Assembly (NCBI GenBank): GCA_021731085.1
Contig: JAKFYB010000007.1
Coordinates: 32,907 to 96,906 of the forward strand
Origin: Dehalococcoidia bacterium
GTDB taxonomy: Bacteria; Chloroflexota; Dehalococcoidia; DSTF01; JACRBR01
Direction: 5' to 3'
DNA length: 64,000 nucleotides
Shown in pieces: positions 17,969-27,394 of the stretch. Position 1 is the first letter of the stretch, and the number at the start of each line of letters is the position of its first letter. The notes beneath the pieces were generated by a model. The model was given only the letters and a program-made list of their open reading frames with translations. It searched no databases and had not been told where the DNA came from. Made by a program: the position numbers and the translations under genes.

Positions 17969-18817
17969 TTACCTCCCTCTTGCGGTGTCGTGTTGGATGG
18001 CGTGAAGCAAGAACCGTACGCGGCCTTCAATGTCCGCCGCCGTGCGCTCGAACGCCGCGTACCGCTGGCGCTCTGTGCCCTCTTCGCTCGCCGGGTCGGC
18101 GATGCTCCAGTGGATGACCTCGGGGTCGCCCGGAAACTCCGGACAGACCTCCCTAACCCGGTCGCACAGCGTGATCACGTAGTCGAAGCGCCGACGCGCG
18201 AACCGGCTCAGGGGCTTCGATTCGCTCGAACTGATGTCGATGCCACGCTCGCGCATTACCTGCACCGCGCTTGCATGCACACGCTTGGGATGGCTGCCTG
18301 CGCTGTAAACCTCGATGGCATCGACCGCGAGATCCCGCAGCAGCGCTTCCGCCATCTGTGAGCGAGAGCTGTTGCCCGTGCATAGAAACAACACGCTGGT
18401 GGGCCGCCTCCCCTGCGCTGTTCGGCGAACGCCAAAGGGCGGTGAGAGCGCGAGCCCCGGATGGAGCGCGCCGCCCGCCGCCGCCAGAAGCTCACCGCAC
18501 CGATTGAGGTCAACGCGGTAGTACGCATCTCGCCCATCGAACGAACTCTTTCGCATCGACACGACCTTGCCTGCCCGCAAGCGGGACAGGTGGTACGAAA
18601 CGAGATTCTGCGGCTCACCCAGCGCCGCCGTCAGCTCCCGCACCTGCTGGTCACTGCGCGCCAGCTCGCTAAGCAACTGCCAGCGCAATGGATGTCCAGC
18701 TAGCCGTAGAAAGGCCGGCGGCGCAGTCTTTGGATGAAGCGCGTTACTCACGGCTGAACAATACATCAATTGTAATTGATAGATCAAGGGTATTTGATGG
18801 ATATTCGTGAGGGTCAC
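17969..18817 (-). CDS. ArsR-family HTH regulator fused to an LMW-PTP-type (thioredoxin-coupled) arsenate reductase
   Basis: The N-terminus has an ArsR wHTH (LRLAGHPLRWQLLSELA...LVSYHLSRLR). The C-terminus has LFLCTGNSSRSQMAEAL (a CX5R P-loop) and ITLCDRVREVCP (a C-x6-C pair). The start is uncertain: GTG at 18817 or ATG at 18766. The first 17 codons are atypically AT-rich. Confidence 0.8.
   Translation of the reverse strand: MTLTNIHQIPLIYQLQLMYCSAVSNALHPKTAPPAFLRLAGHPLRWQLLSELARSDQQVRELTAALGEPQNLVSYHLSRLRAGKVVSMRKSSFDGRDAYYRVDLNRCGELLAAAGGALHPGLALSPPFGVRRTAQGRRPTSVLFLCTGNSSRSQMAEALLRDLAVDAIEVYSAGSHPKRVHASAVQVMRERGIDISSSESKPLSRFARRRFDYVITLCDRVREVCPEFPGDPEVIHWSIADPASEEGTERQRYAAFERTAADIEGRVRFLLHAIQHDTARGR
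18766..18779. promoter_or_regulatory. inverted repeat TCAATT-GT-AATTGA in the AT-rich leader of the ArsR-ArsC gene (candidate operator)
   Basis: Perfect 6-2-6 palindrome in the only AT-rich stretch of this locus. TACAAT is present on the minus strand next to it. Confidence 0.3.
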
Positions 18818-18869
18818 TCCCAGCTAGCCCACAGCCGCTCGGGACATCCGGAGCCGACAGCGCGGGGTC

Positions 18870-19808
18870 CTAGCGAGCCAGCCGTTCGAACAGATTCTGC
18901 GCGTTCGTCGAGTCGATGGCGGCGCACTCCTCGGTAGCCAGGCCGTCCCACTTGTCAAACTGCCCGGTGAAGTACGAGACGGCGCTGCCCGGGGCAAACG
19001 GCCAGTCTGTGCCGAACAGGACATGATCTCGCTTCGCGAACTGCAGCAAGGACGGCAAGGCTGCAGGGCTGCCGGAGAGCGCGATGTCGAAGTAGAAGCT
19101 ACGGAACTCCTCGAGGACATCGTTCATGCCACGTCCGGTCACACCGGCGATCGTCAGCGCAAATCGGTGTGCGGCGTAGGGCACGAAACCGCCTGCGTGC
19201 GACAGGATGAAACGGATCCGCGGATACCGCCGGATGACGTCGCTACGAACCAGGTTGAACGCAGCCCGGCTCGTGTCGAGGAGAAAGTCCGCTGCGAACG
19301 GCGGGATGCCTTCGACCGAGGGCCCGGGAATGTTCGCCGGATGCACAAACACGACCGCGTTCCGCGCATCCAGCTCCTCCATCAGCGGATCGAACTCCGG
19401 AACTCCGAGGTACACACCATTGCTGTTTGCGAGCAGCGTCACGCCATCGGCGCGCAAATGATCCAGCGCGTACTGTGCCTCGGCAATCGCGCGCGCTACG
19501 TCCGGCAGCGGCACCGTGCCGAAGAACCCGAAGCGGTCGGGATACTCCCGCACCAGCGCCGCGCTGAATTCGTTGACGGCGCGCGCCATGTCGGCGGCCT
19601 CCGCAGGTTCTCCGGGCGTCGTGCCCGGCGTCGACACGGAAAGGATCGCCGTGCGGATACTGTGGCGGTCCATGAGTTCGAGCGCGTCGCCGGCAGTCCA
19701 GCCCGGGAGTGCTAGGCCGGCAGCCGCTTCCACACCCTTATCGCGGAGCCACCGGGCGTACTCCGGAGGCACGACGTGTTGATGAACATCTATTCGTCCG
19801 GCACTCAC
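18870..19808 (-). CDS. amidohydrolase family protein (amidohydrolase_2, ACMSD-like)
   Basis: RIDVHQHVVPPEY is the metal-binding HxH. The later ...VFVHP... and ...ILSHAGG... motifs plus a C-terminal FGTDWPF motif follow. Confidence 0.8.
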   Translation of the reverse strand: MSAGRIDVHQHVVPPEYARWLRDKGVEAAAGLALPGWTAGDALELMDRHSIRTAILSVSTPGTTPGEPAEAADMARAVNEFSAALVREYPDRFGFFGTVPLPDVARAIAEAQYALDHLRADGVTLLANSNGVYLGVPEFDPLMEELDARNAVVFVHPANIPGPSVEGIPPFAADFLLDTSRAAFNLVRSDVIRRYPRIRFILSHAGGFVPYAAHRFALTIAGVTGRGMNDVLEEFRSFYFDIALSGSPAALPSLLQFAKRDHVLFGTDWPFAPGSAVSYFTGQFDKWDGLATEECAAIDSTNAQNLFERLAR

Positions 19809-19901
19809 ATTCAGACTCCCGCGCCAACACTACACTGTCACTTCTCCAAGGACGCGATGCTACTCTAGCGGAGCGAGACACCTTGTTCGGAGGAGATCAG
19901 C

Positions 19902-20849
19902 GTGCGATTCGGCCCCGACTACCCTGACACAACCTACGTCCCTCATGCGCACCCGGAGCGAACATTTGATACCGGCGAGGTTGTGCTCAACTACGCCGTC
20001 GCCGGCGATGAGAGCCTCCCGGCCCTGCTCCTGGTTCCCGGCCAGTTCGAGTCATGGTGGGGATACGAAAAGGCGATGCCGCTGCTGGCTGAGCACTTCC
20101 AGGTTTTCGCGGTCGATCTCCGTGGGCAGGGCCGTTCGACGCGGACGCCCGGCCGCTACACGCTCGACAATATGGGCAATGATCTCGTCAGGTTCGTCGC
20201 TCACGGCATCGGGCGGCCCGTCATCTGCAGCGGGCTTTCGTCAGGCGGCGTGTTGTCGGCGTGGCTCTCGGCATATGCGTTGCCGGGACAGATCCGCGCG
20301 GCCGTGTACGAGGATCCGCCGTTGTTCGCCTCTGAAACAACGCCGGCCATTGGCCAGTCCATCAAACAATCGATCGGCGGGATGTTCGCGTTGTGGAACA
20401 AGTACCTCGGCGACCAGTGGAGTATCGGTGACTGGGACGGCATGGTCGCCGCGGCGCCGCACGAACTGCCGCCCCACCTCGTTCCACTCTCGAAGGCGCT
20501 GCTCTCCGGCGACGGACCTCCACAGAACATGAAGGAGTATGACCCGGAATGGGGGCGCGCATTCTGGACCGGCACGGTCGCCGCCAGTTGCGATCACGAG
20601 CGGATGTTGTCGTCAGTGAAGTGCCCTGTCCTCATGACGCATCACTTCCGCATGATCGACGCGCAGGGCCGCCTCCTTGGTGCGCTCTCCGATATCCAGG
20701 CCGAGTACGCGCGCACCCTGGTGGAGAAGGCAGGCAATGCGGTGACGTACCAGTCCTTCCCGCGGATGGGCCACTCCATGCACGGTCAGGATCCGGAGCT
20801 CTTCGCGAAAACGCTCGTCGACTGGGCAACAGCGCTGGCTGCCGCCTGA
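19902..20849 (+). CDS. alpha/beta hydrolase
   Basis: LLLVPGQFESWW..., the nucleophile elbow CSGLSSGG and a C-terminal GHSMH. Confidence 0.8.
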   Translation: MRFGPDYPDTTYVPHAHPERTFDTGEVVLNYAVAGDESLPALLLVPGQFESWWGYEKAMPLLAEHFQVFAVDLRGQGRSTRTPGRYTLDNMGNDLVRFVAHGIGRPVICSGLSSGGVLSAWLSAYALPGQIRAAVYEDPPLFASETTPAIGQSIKQSIGGMFALWNKYLGDQWSIGDWDGMVAAAPHELPPHLVPLSKALLSGDGPPQNMKEYDPEWGRAFWTGTVAASCDHERMLSSVKCPVLMTHHFRMIDAQGRLLGALSDIQAEYARTLVEKAGNAVTYQSFPRMGHSMHGQDPELFAKTLVDWATALAAA

Positions 20850-20904
20850 ACAACACGAGCCGGCGCGTTTCACCTTGATGAATGGTTGAGCACTCGCGCG
20901 GCGC

Positions 20905-21666
20905 TCAGCGTCCCGCAAGCAAGTATCGCGCCAAAAACTCGCGTGATGCGTGCCATGCCTCTACAGGCACAGCGCTGTGAGCACCCGGGTGCGCGATCAA
21001 GCGCTTGTCCTTCGCCCCGATCAGGTCAAACAACTCCAGCGCGCCGTCGCGGTCGAAGATCTCGTCGTCCCATTGCACCATGAACATCACCGGGCAAGTT
21101 ACCTCCGGCGCGTCAGCACGATGCCGCGCTTCGATATTGCCGCGCCGAGCACTAGGCCCTGAAAGCCCGCACGCGCCCAGCACCGCGACGCTGATCCGGT
21201 CGTCCGAAGCGACCAGTGGCAGCCCGAACATCGTCCCCATCGATAGGCCCCAGTACCCCACGCGTGTCGCGTCGAATCGCCCCGAAGCCAGCAGCGCATC
21301 GAGCGACGCAGACCAGTCCGCGTTCATCCGGTCGAACGTGTCCGTCCGCCTCCATAGTTCGTGATACGCCGGATGTCCAAGCTTGTCACCGGAATCGACG
21401 ATTGGTCCGCGCTCGCCGTGATCGATCGCATCGATCGCGCACACACCGATGCCATTGCGCCGCACGAACAGCCGCGCCATCGCCAGCCCCGCGGGATTTC
21501 GCTTCTCGCTCTGCCCACCGTGCCCCAACAACACGAGCGGAATCGGCCCCGTCGGTTCCTCTGGCATCCACAGAATGCCCGGGATTTGCTCGCCACCGCG
21601 CTCGACGAAGAACGGCCGCTCCCACACCCTTCGACACAACCACATCAGATCGCCAGTCCATCGCAT
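20905..21666 (-). CDS. alpha/beta hydrolase (dienelactone hydrolase-like)
   Basis: LVLLGHGG... and the nucleophile elbow YWGLSMGT. The C-terminus carries a His (HPGAHS). Confidence 0.7.
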   Translation of the reverse strand: MRWTGDLMWLCRRVWERPFFVERGGEQIPGILWMPEEPTGPIPLVLLGHGGQSEKRNPAGLAMARLFVRRNGIGVCAIDAIDHGERGPIVDSGDKLGHPAYHELWRRTDTFDRMNADWSASLDALLASGRFDATRVGYWGLSMGTMFGLPLVASDDRISVAVLGACGLSGPSARRGNIEARHRADAPEVTCPVMFMVQWDDEIFDRDGALELFDLIGAKDKRLIAHPGAHSAVPVEAWHASREFLARYLLAGR

Positions 21667-21732
21667 TCTCCTGATTCCGCACCCCGGCCGAGCGTCTTTC
21701 GAGCAAACGTGCCGCCCCGCTCCATTCTCAGA

Positions 21733-22455
21733 TTAGTCCGCGATGGACAGACTCACCGCAAACACAAAGCCAAACGCCGTGAACATACCTGCGCGGGCTC
21801 CGCCCTGCCGGTACGCCTCCGGCATCAAGGTGTTCGTGAGCATCGCCAGGATCGCACCCGCGGCGAACGCCTCCGCCCGGTGCCCCGTTAGCGAGGGCCG
21901 CGCGTCAAACATTGCGTACCCAAGCGCCGCACAGCCAGCGGAAAGCGCAGCGATGCCCACCCACATCAGGAACACGTGGCTGCGCTGCCAGCCAGCCGCG
22001 GTCAGGCTCGTCGTCGCTCCGATCGCCATCGGAACGTTCGACACAATCAGCGCAACGATGTACGCGGTCGAACTGGCGCCACCCACCAGCGAAATTCCCA
22101 GCACAAACGACTCTGGTGCGCCGTCCAGCACCTTCCCGAGCACGATCGCAAGGCCGCGACCATCGACGACTTCGTCCCCTGGCGCGATGTCCTTGCCGCT
22201 CAGCTGCTCGATGAGCCAGTCGCCAACCGTGAAGGCAAGCGCCCCGGCAAATATGTAAAACGCGACGCCGCGCACGCCCTCATCAACAACAGCCTCGCCG
22301 AGCAGCTCGTACACGACCGCACTGATAAGCGCGCCGCCACCAAACGCCAGCACAAGCCCGACCACGAGCGGTCGCGGACGCAGGAACACGGCTACAGCGC
22401 CACCCAGAATCAGTGCCGATCCGGTGAGCGAACCCCAGAGCGCTGCTTCAAGCAT
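21733..22455 (-). CDS. ZIP family metal transporter
   Basis: About 8 TM segments. The sequences ...GKVLDGAPESFVLG... and ...IVSNVPMAIG... are typical ZupT-like motifs. Confidence 0.75.
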   Translation of the reverse strand: MLEAALWGSLTGSALILGGAVAVFLRPRPLVVGLVLAFGGGALISAVVYELLGEAVVDEGVRGVAFYIFAGALAFTVGDWLIEQLSGKDIAPGDEVVDGRGLAIVLGKVLDGAPESFVLGISLVGGASSTAYIVALIVSNVPMAIGATTSLTAAGWQRSHVFLMWVGIAALSAGCAALGYAMFDARPSLTGHRAEAFAAGAILAMLTNTLMPEAYRQGGARAGMFTAFGFVFAVSLSIAD

Positions 22456-22525
22456 TGATCACTCACGCTGTCTCGTCACCAGCAGTGGTCTGTCGCATGC
22501 AGCGGCACTGCTCAGTCGGCACTCG

Positions 22526-24040
22526 CTATGACGCTGCACCATCATCAAGCTTCGGCGCGTCCATTACCGACATGCTCGAGATCTCCTCGTCGTCGGAAGC
22601 CTCCCAGAACGTCTTAAACACACCGGACTCCTCCGGCGGAATCTCCGTCCCCATCTTCGCACTCAGCCGCAGAAGGCCCAGGATGACGACGTAGAACACC
22701 GCTGGCATGATGAACAGCACGAGACTGACGGTCGTCCAAGTCGCCAGCGCCGCAAGTCCCAGCAATGGAATGATCGTGAGTGCGCTCTCGGAGAGGTTCC
22801 GGATCGCGAACGCACGGCCCTGGTATGCCACAGGAACCCGCCGGTTCAGGTACGTTTTTACCGAGTTGTCCGTCAAACCCATACCAAAACCGACAGGTAG
22901 GCTGATGAACATCGCCAGCTGGACCTTCTCGTTGATCTGATCGATGTTGAACAATTCCACGAGCCAGTGGATCGGGTTGATGACATTGAGAAAGTCCACG
23001 ATGCCTTGATTGATCAGCCCGAGACCGACGAGACCGGTTGCCAACATCAGGAATCCGACGCCGGCCGTCACGCGCTCGCCAAATCGCTTGATCATCGGCG
23101 GCACGATAAATAGCGAGAGCGTCATGCCGACGCCAGCCATACCCATCACGAACACCGTGTTCGCCGGGTCTGTGTCCAGCACTTCGTACACGAACGTCGG
23201 CGCAAGCGTGCTGATGATCTGGTAGCCCATTCCACCTACGGCTGACACGCCGATCATCGTCATGATCGAGCGGTTGGCGAACAGCCACCGCATCACGGCG
23301 CTGTAGTCCTGCTTCGGCCGTACGAACTTGCCGGCTGCCACATCCCTCGGTGAATCCGCCTGGACGATGCGGGTCATTGCCAGCAACAACAGCACGGCGC
23401 AGGCGACGAACACGGCGTTCGTACCGGCCACGTGCAGCAGGATGGGCGCCATGAACGCCGTCCCCGCTGCCGTGCCGATGCTCGACACCATCCCCATCAC
23501 GGAGTTCGCCGTCGCGAGTTGCGCCTCCGTGTTCACGAGCGGCACGAGCGTCTGTTCGGCCGGGCTGGCAATCTGCGTCAGGCTCGTCACAAGGAAGACG
23601 AGCATGAAATACACGGCGATCGTATCGTCGAAGAAGAATGCGACGCTCAGACAAAGAGCCGCATCCAGCAAGTACACGCCCGCCAACGCGACACGCTTTG
23701 GCAGCGAGTCAGAGATCGCGCCGCCGTACAGCGCGAAAATGATGCCGGGGATCAGCGCGGCAATTCCAATAAGCGACGATGCGAATGCGCCGCCGCCGAG
23801 GTAGATGACACCGACGAGCGACGCGTACCTGACGGAGTCGCGCCCCATGTCGGCGAAGAACTTAGCGGCGAGGAGATGCTGGAACTTCGGCCGGCGCACG
23901 ACGGACGTATCAGGAAGGAAGTAACCCATGATCCCGAACACCGCTCGCTCCGGTGCGCCGGTGACGGGATCAAGCTTGCCAATCGCCCCAAACGCGCGTT
24001 GCTCTCGCGCTGCACTTCCCTGCGGAGGTTGATTGGCCAT
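22526..24040 (-). CDS. MFS transporter
   Basis: 504 aa with 12 or more predicted TM segments. The ...GGAISDSLPKRV... loop motif is MFS-like. Confidence 0.75.
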   Translation of the reverse strand: MANQPPQGSAAREQRAFGAIGKLDPVTGAPERAVFGIMGYFLPDTSVVRRPKFQHLLAAKFFADMGRDSVRYASLVGVIYLGGGAFASSLIGIAALIPGIIFALYGGAISDSLPKRVALAGVYLLDAALCLSVAFFFDDTIAVYFMLVFLVTSLTQIASPAEQTLVPLVNTEAQLATANSVMGMVSSIGTAAGTAFMAPILLHVAGTNAVFVACAVLLLLAMTRIVQADSPRDVAAGKFVRPKQDYSAVMRWLFANRSIMTMIGVSAVGGMGYQIISTLAPTFVYEVLDTDPANTVFVMGMAGVGMTLSLFIVPPMIKRFGERVTAGVGFLMLATGLVGLGLINQGIVDFLNVINPIHWLVELFNIDQINEKVQLAMFISLPVGFGMGLTDNSVKTYLNRRVPVAYQGRAFAIRNLSESALTIIPLLGLAALATWTTVSLVLFIMPAVFYVVILGLLRLSAKMGTEIPPEESGVFKTFWEASDDEEISSMSVMDAPKLDDGAAS

Positions 24041-24306
24041 CAGTAGCTCGCAGAAGAGAAGTCTTGCCCAGCCGTTGCGGAAGTATATACGCGCCCCCGA
24101 TGCTGAAACATATCTGGCGACGACAGTGCAGTTGTTCCGCGCTGCATGCTTTGCCCTCGTGCACCAAATGCACGGATGAGATCCGGAGCGTCCGCGTCGG
24201 GCGAGCTCGGATCATGGGCAGAGTGCCCATCGGGGCGCACAGCCGGGGCGTCTGCGCCACATGACCGTGCTCAGCGGTCACGGCGCATGTTCTGTAACCT
24301 CACGGG

Positions 24307-24843
24307 ATGGTGGTTAAGCGGAAGCTTGGTGAGTCTGGTCCGTCGCGGGCTGTGCGCGTGAAGTCGATGACGATTCGCGAGTTTCTCGCGCTCGTCGATG
24401 ACGGCGTGCGTGGAGGCCTCGGTAAACAGTACGCGGCATTCGAGTCGCGCCAGCGGTTTGGGTATGTGCAGTACGCCCGGGCAGAGCCGGGGCGCGGCTC
24501 TCCGTTCGAGGGCGGTGCACGCCGCGCGACGCAAGCCGGCTGGATGCACTACGAGATCTGGGTGCAGCGCAAGACCCAACGGCTCGAGATCGGGCTGCAC
24601 TTCGAGGGAGACCGCGAGCGATCGTACGCAGCGGCAGGGCTGCTCGCGGAGCGGGCGATAGACATCGCCGCAGCAGTAGGGCCGGAGTACGAGCTGGAGG
24701 AGTGGACGGCGGCGTGGACGCGGCTGCATCGTTCGTTCGCCGCGCCGGTTCTGTCGGCGGAGCTGGCGGCTGACGCGGCATCGAATGCCTGCCAACTTAT
24801 TCGCGGGATGGAGCCAGTACTCAAGAAAGTCGGCCTACGATGA
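24307..24843 (+). CDS. hypothetical protein
   Basis: 178-aa ORF (alternative start MTIREF at 24367). Composition is plausible. No family recognised. Confidence 0.45.
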   Translation: MVVKRKLGESGPSRAVRVKSMTIREFLALVDDGVRGGLGKQYAAFESRQRFGYVQYARAEPGRGSPFEGGARRATQAGWMHYEIWVQRKTQRLEIGLHFEGDRERSYAAAGLLAERAIDIAAAVGPEYELEEWTAAWTRLHRSFAAPVLSAELAADAASNACQLIRGMEPVLKKVGLR

Positions 24844-24859
24844 TCAAGCAGGCTTTCGG

Positions 24860-25717
24860 ATGCTCGTAGACGCACACGTCCACCTCCAGCCACACGGGTC
24901 GAAGCCGCCAATGACGCTCGCGCGCATCGAAGAATATGTGCGTGCGGCGGAGGAGCGCGGAGTCTCGGCGATCTGTCTGACGGAGCACCTGTTCCGGTTC
25001 GAGGAGGCATTTCGGGCGCTGCACGGTTGGTGGGATGCGGATCCGGATCCGAGGCTGGCGTCGATGGTCGGCGGGTACTGGCAGGATCATGTGTCCGGGA
25101 GCGTGACGGACTACGTGCGCGTCGTCGAGCAGGCGAAGAGCGCAGGGCTGCCGGTGTACCTGGGGATCGAGATGGACTGGCTGCCGGGGAAGGGCGATGT
25201 GCTGCTCGACTTCCTCGCGCCGTACGACTGGGACATCGTGCTCGGGTCGGTGCACTACGTCGGCGCGTTTGGTATCGACGATCCGGCGTTTCTGTTCGAG
25301 TGGGAGAAGCGCGACATCACGACGGTGTGGTCGGAGTACGGTGCCCTCATGCACGAGCTTGGTGAAAGCGGGCTGGCGGATGTACTGACTCATCCGGACG
25401 TGTTGAAGAAGCAGGGCCACCGGCCGGCGGACGAGACACCGCTACACGCAGCGATCGTTGATGGGGCTGTTGCGACGGGGACCGCGATCGAGTTGAACAC
25501 GAACGGACTGCGGCGGTGCGATGAGATCTTTCCGGCGATGCCGCTTGTGGAGCGAGCGCATTCGGCGGGGCTGGCGATCACGCTGGCGTCGGACGCGCAC
25601 GAACCGAAGTATGTGGGGCATGAGCTTGATGCGGCGACGGCGTGGGCGCGCGCGGGCGGGTTTACGGAGGCGTCGTACTTCGTCGGTCGGCAGCGACGCG
25701 GGTATGAACTCGAATAG
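24860..25717 (+). CDS. PHP-domain histidinol-phosphatase family protein (HisJ-like)
   Basis: Trimmed to MLVDAHVHL (the PHP HxH), then ...LTEHL..., ...GSVHY..., ...LTHPD... and ...SDAHEP. Confidence 0.8.
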   Translation: MLVDAHVHLQPHGSKPPMTLARIEEYVRAAEERGVSAICLTEHLFRFEEAFRALHGWWDADPDPRLASMVGGYWQDHVSGSVTDYVRVVEQAKSAGLPVYLGIEMDWLPGKGDVLLDFLAPYDWDIVLGSVHYVGAFGIDDPAFLFEWEKRDITTVWSEYGALMHELGESGLADVLTHPDVLKKQGHRPADETPLHAAIVDGAVATGTAIELNTNGLRRCDEIFPAMPLVERAHSAGLAITLASDAHEPKYVGHELDAATAWARAGGFTEASYFVGRQRRGYELE

Positions 25718-26200
25718 CTATCGCGCGCTGTATCTGCCGGACTTACCGCCCGACTTCTTCAACAGCCGAATCTTCTCAATGCGCATGGCGCGGTCGGCGG
25801 CTTTGCACATGTCGTAGACGGTGAGGGCGGCGACGGTTACGGCGGTTAGGGCTTCCATTTCAACGCCCGTCTTGCCGGTGGTGCGGATAGTAGCCGAGAT
25901 GTCGATGACGTGCGCCTTTTCGTCGGGCGTCAGGATAACGTTGATGCCGGTGAGCTGGAGCGGGTGGCACATCGGGATGAGTTCGTGCGTCTTCTTCGCA
26001 GCCATGATGCCGGCGATCTGCGCAACGGCGAGGACGTCGCCCTTGGCGACGCCGCCTCGCTGGATGAGGGCGAGGGTGTCCGGCGACATGACGATGCGGC
26101 CGGCTGCGGTGGCGGCGCGGGCGGTGTCAGGTTTGTCGGAGACGTCGACCATTTTGGCGCGGCCGCGGGCATCGATGTGTGAGAGTCTCTTTGCTGGCAT
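25718..26200 (-). CDS. moaC: cyclic pyranopterin monophosphate synthase
   Basis: [18 protein letters not shown], the [28 protein letters not shown] signature, and ...[13 protein letters not shown]. Confidence 0.92.
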   Translation of the reverse strand: MPAKRLSHIDARGRAKMVDVSDKPDTARAATAAGRIVMSPDTLALIQRGGVAKGDVLAVAQIAGIMAAKKTHELIPMCHPLQLTGINVILTPDEKAHVIDISATIRTTGKTGVEMEALTAVTVAALTVYDMCKAADRAMRIEKIRLLKKSGGKSGRYSAR

Positions 26201-26236
26201 GGGAGTAGTTTAGCGGTCAACCGTCAGCGGTCAGCG

Positions 26237-27253
26237 CTATTCCGCGGCGGTGTTGGCGATCGCGGTGTCTTCGGCGGTGATTTCGGCTTCGAGGCGGGAG
26301 GGGTTGCTTACGGTGCGGGTGGCTTCCCAGGCGATGGCGCGGCGGATCCCTTCTTCGGGCGTGACTTCGTCGATGTAGGCGACGTCGCGGCGGAAGGCGG
26401 AGTCGTCGGCCGTCATGCTCTGGGCGAAGTTGATGGAGAGCCGGAGATGATCGGGGAGGTGGGTGTCGGGCAAGCCGATGATGTCGCCTCGCCAGCCCCA
26501 GATCTTCGCACACACCTCGAGCCACTGTCGCTGCGTCAGTGGCGGGTCGACCGGAGCGTTGTAGATGTGTCCGAGAGCTCGATCGTCGGTTGCAGCGAGC
26601 ATGACGGCGCGCGCGATGTTGCCAACGTAGGCGCGAGGCCAGATCCAATCGAGCGCAGCTTGAGGTGTGACGATGACGGGACGCTCGGCCTGGAAGCGGC
26701 GGACCTCGACGTAGAGGCGCCGCTGGTAGTCGCCTTCGCCGTGCACGGCCGGGAGGCGGAGGATGGTGCCGGGCATTTCGGGGTCTGACACGTAGGCGCG
26801 CTCGACGGGGATCTTGTCGTAGATGTCCATCGCCGGGGTACCACTCCCGCGATACGGGTAGAGCTTCTCTCGCAGGGGCGAGGCTTCCGTCAGTGGGAGC
26901 GGTTCGATCGGTCCGGACTCGCTGCCATGCATGCGTCCGTACGCGCGGTAGACGTCGATGCTGCTGATGGCGAGGGTGCGACGGACGTTGCCGCGAAGGG
27001 CGGCGGTGGTCAGAACAGCGTCCTCCTCAGACATGCAGGCCATGTCGATGGCGACGTCGGCTGCAAGCTCGCGGAAGGTTGCGGTGTGCTGGTCGATGCC
27101 AGCGCGGTCGCCGTGGATGTGGCGAAGGGGCGGTGCGTCTTCAGATTCAGTTTCGCCGCGGTGGAAGAGCACGACGTCGTGTCCGGCGTCGTGAAGTTCG
27201 CGCACGACGGCGGCGCCGATGAAGCGCGTGCCTCCGATGACGAGCACTTTCAT
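26237..27253 (-). CDS. NAD-dependent epimerase/dehydratase family protein
   Basis: Trimmed to MKVLVIGGTRFIGAAVVREL, a GxxGxxG Rossmann motif. The longer ORF would overlap the divergent gene's leader. Confidence 0.8.
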   Translation of the reverse strand: MKVLVIGGTRFIGAAVVRELHDAGHDVVLFHRGETESEDAPPLRHIHGDRAGIDQHTATFRELAADVAIDMACMSEEDAVLTTAALRGNVRRTLAISSIDVYRAYGRMHGSESGPIEPLPLTEASPLREKLYPYRGSGTPAMDIYDKIPVERAYVSDPEMPGTILRLPAVHGEGDYQRRLYVEVRRFQAERPVIVTPQAALDWIWPRAYVGNIARAVMLAATDDRALGHIYNAPVDPPLTQRQWLEVCAKIWGWRGDIIGLPDTHLPDHLRLSINFAQSMTADDSAFRRDVAYIDEVTPEEGIRRAIAWEATRTVSNPSRLEAEITAEDTAIANTAAE

Positions 27254-27394
27254 TCTTCTACAGTAGCAATGACGGGTGGGCGGTTGCACTACCGGATGGT
27301 CGGTTTTGTGTCTGGTTGTGCGACACTTGCTACGGGCCGGCGACATGTAGGTCGGCCCGACAAGTTGGCGTGCGTGCTCGGAGGACGAATCTAT

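Noticed and set aside
16114-21700. Possible genomic island integrated next to tRNA-Arg (detoxification-type genes downstream).
   Set aside because: I could see no integrase or recombinase, no direct repeat of the tRNA 3' end and no compositional break. The gene content resembles the rest of the window.
26927-27394. Long N-terminal extensions of track ORFs, for example the GDH ORF from 26927, the hydrolase ORF from 40054, the ACAD ORF up to 49427 and the KS ORF up to 61972.
   Set aside because: The extensions overlap neighbouring genes, have artefactual composition and precede well-placed internal starts (for example GGAGGA before the ATG at 27395). The CDS were trimmed accordingly.
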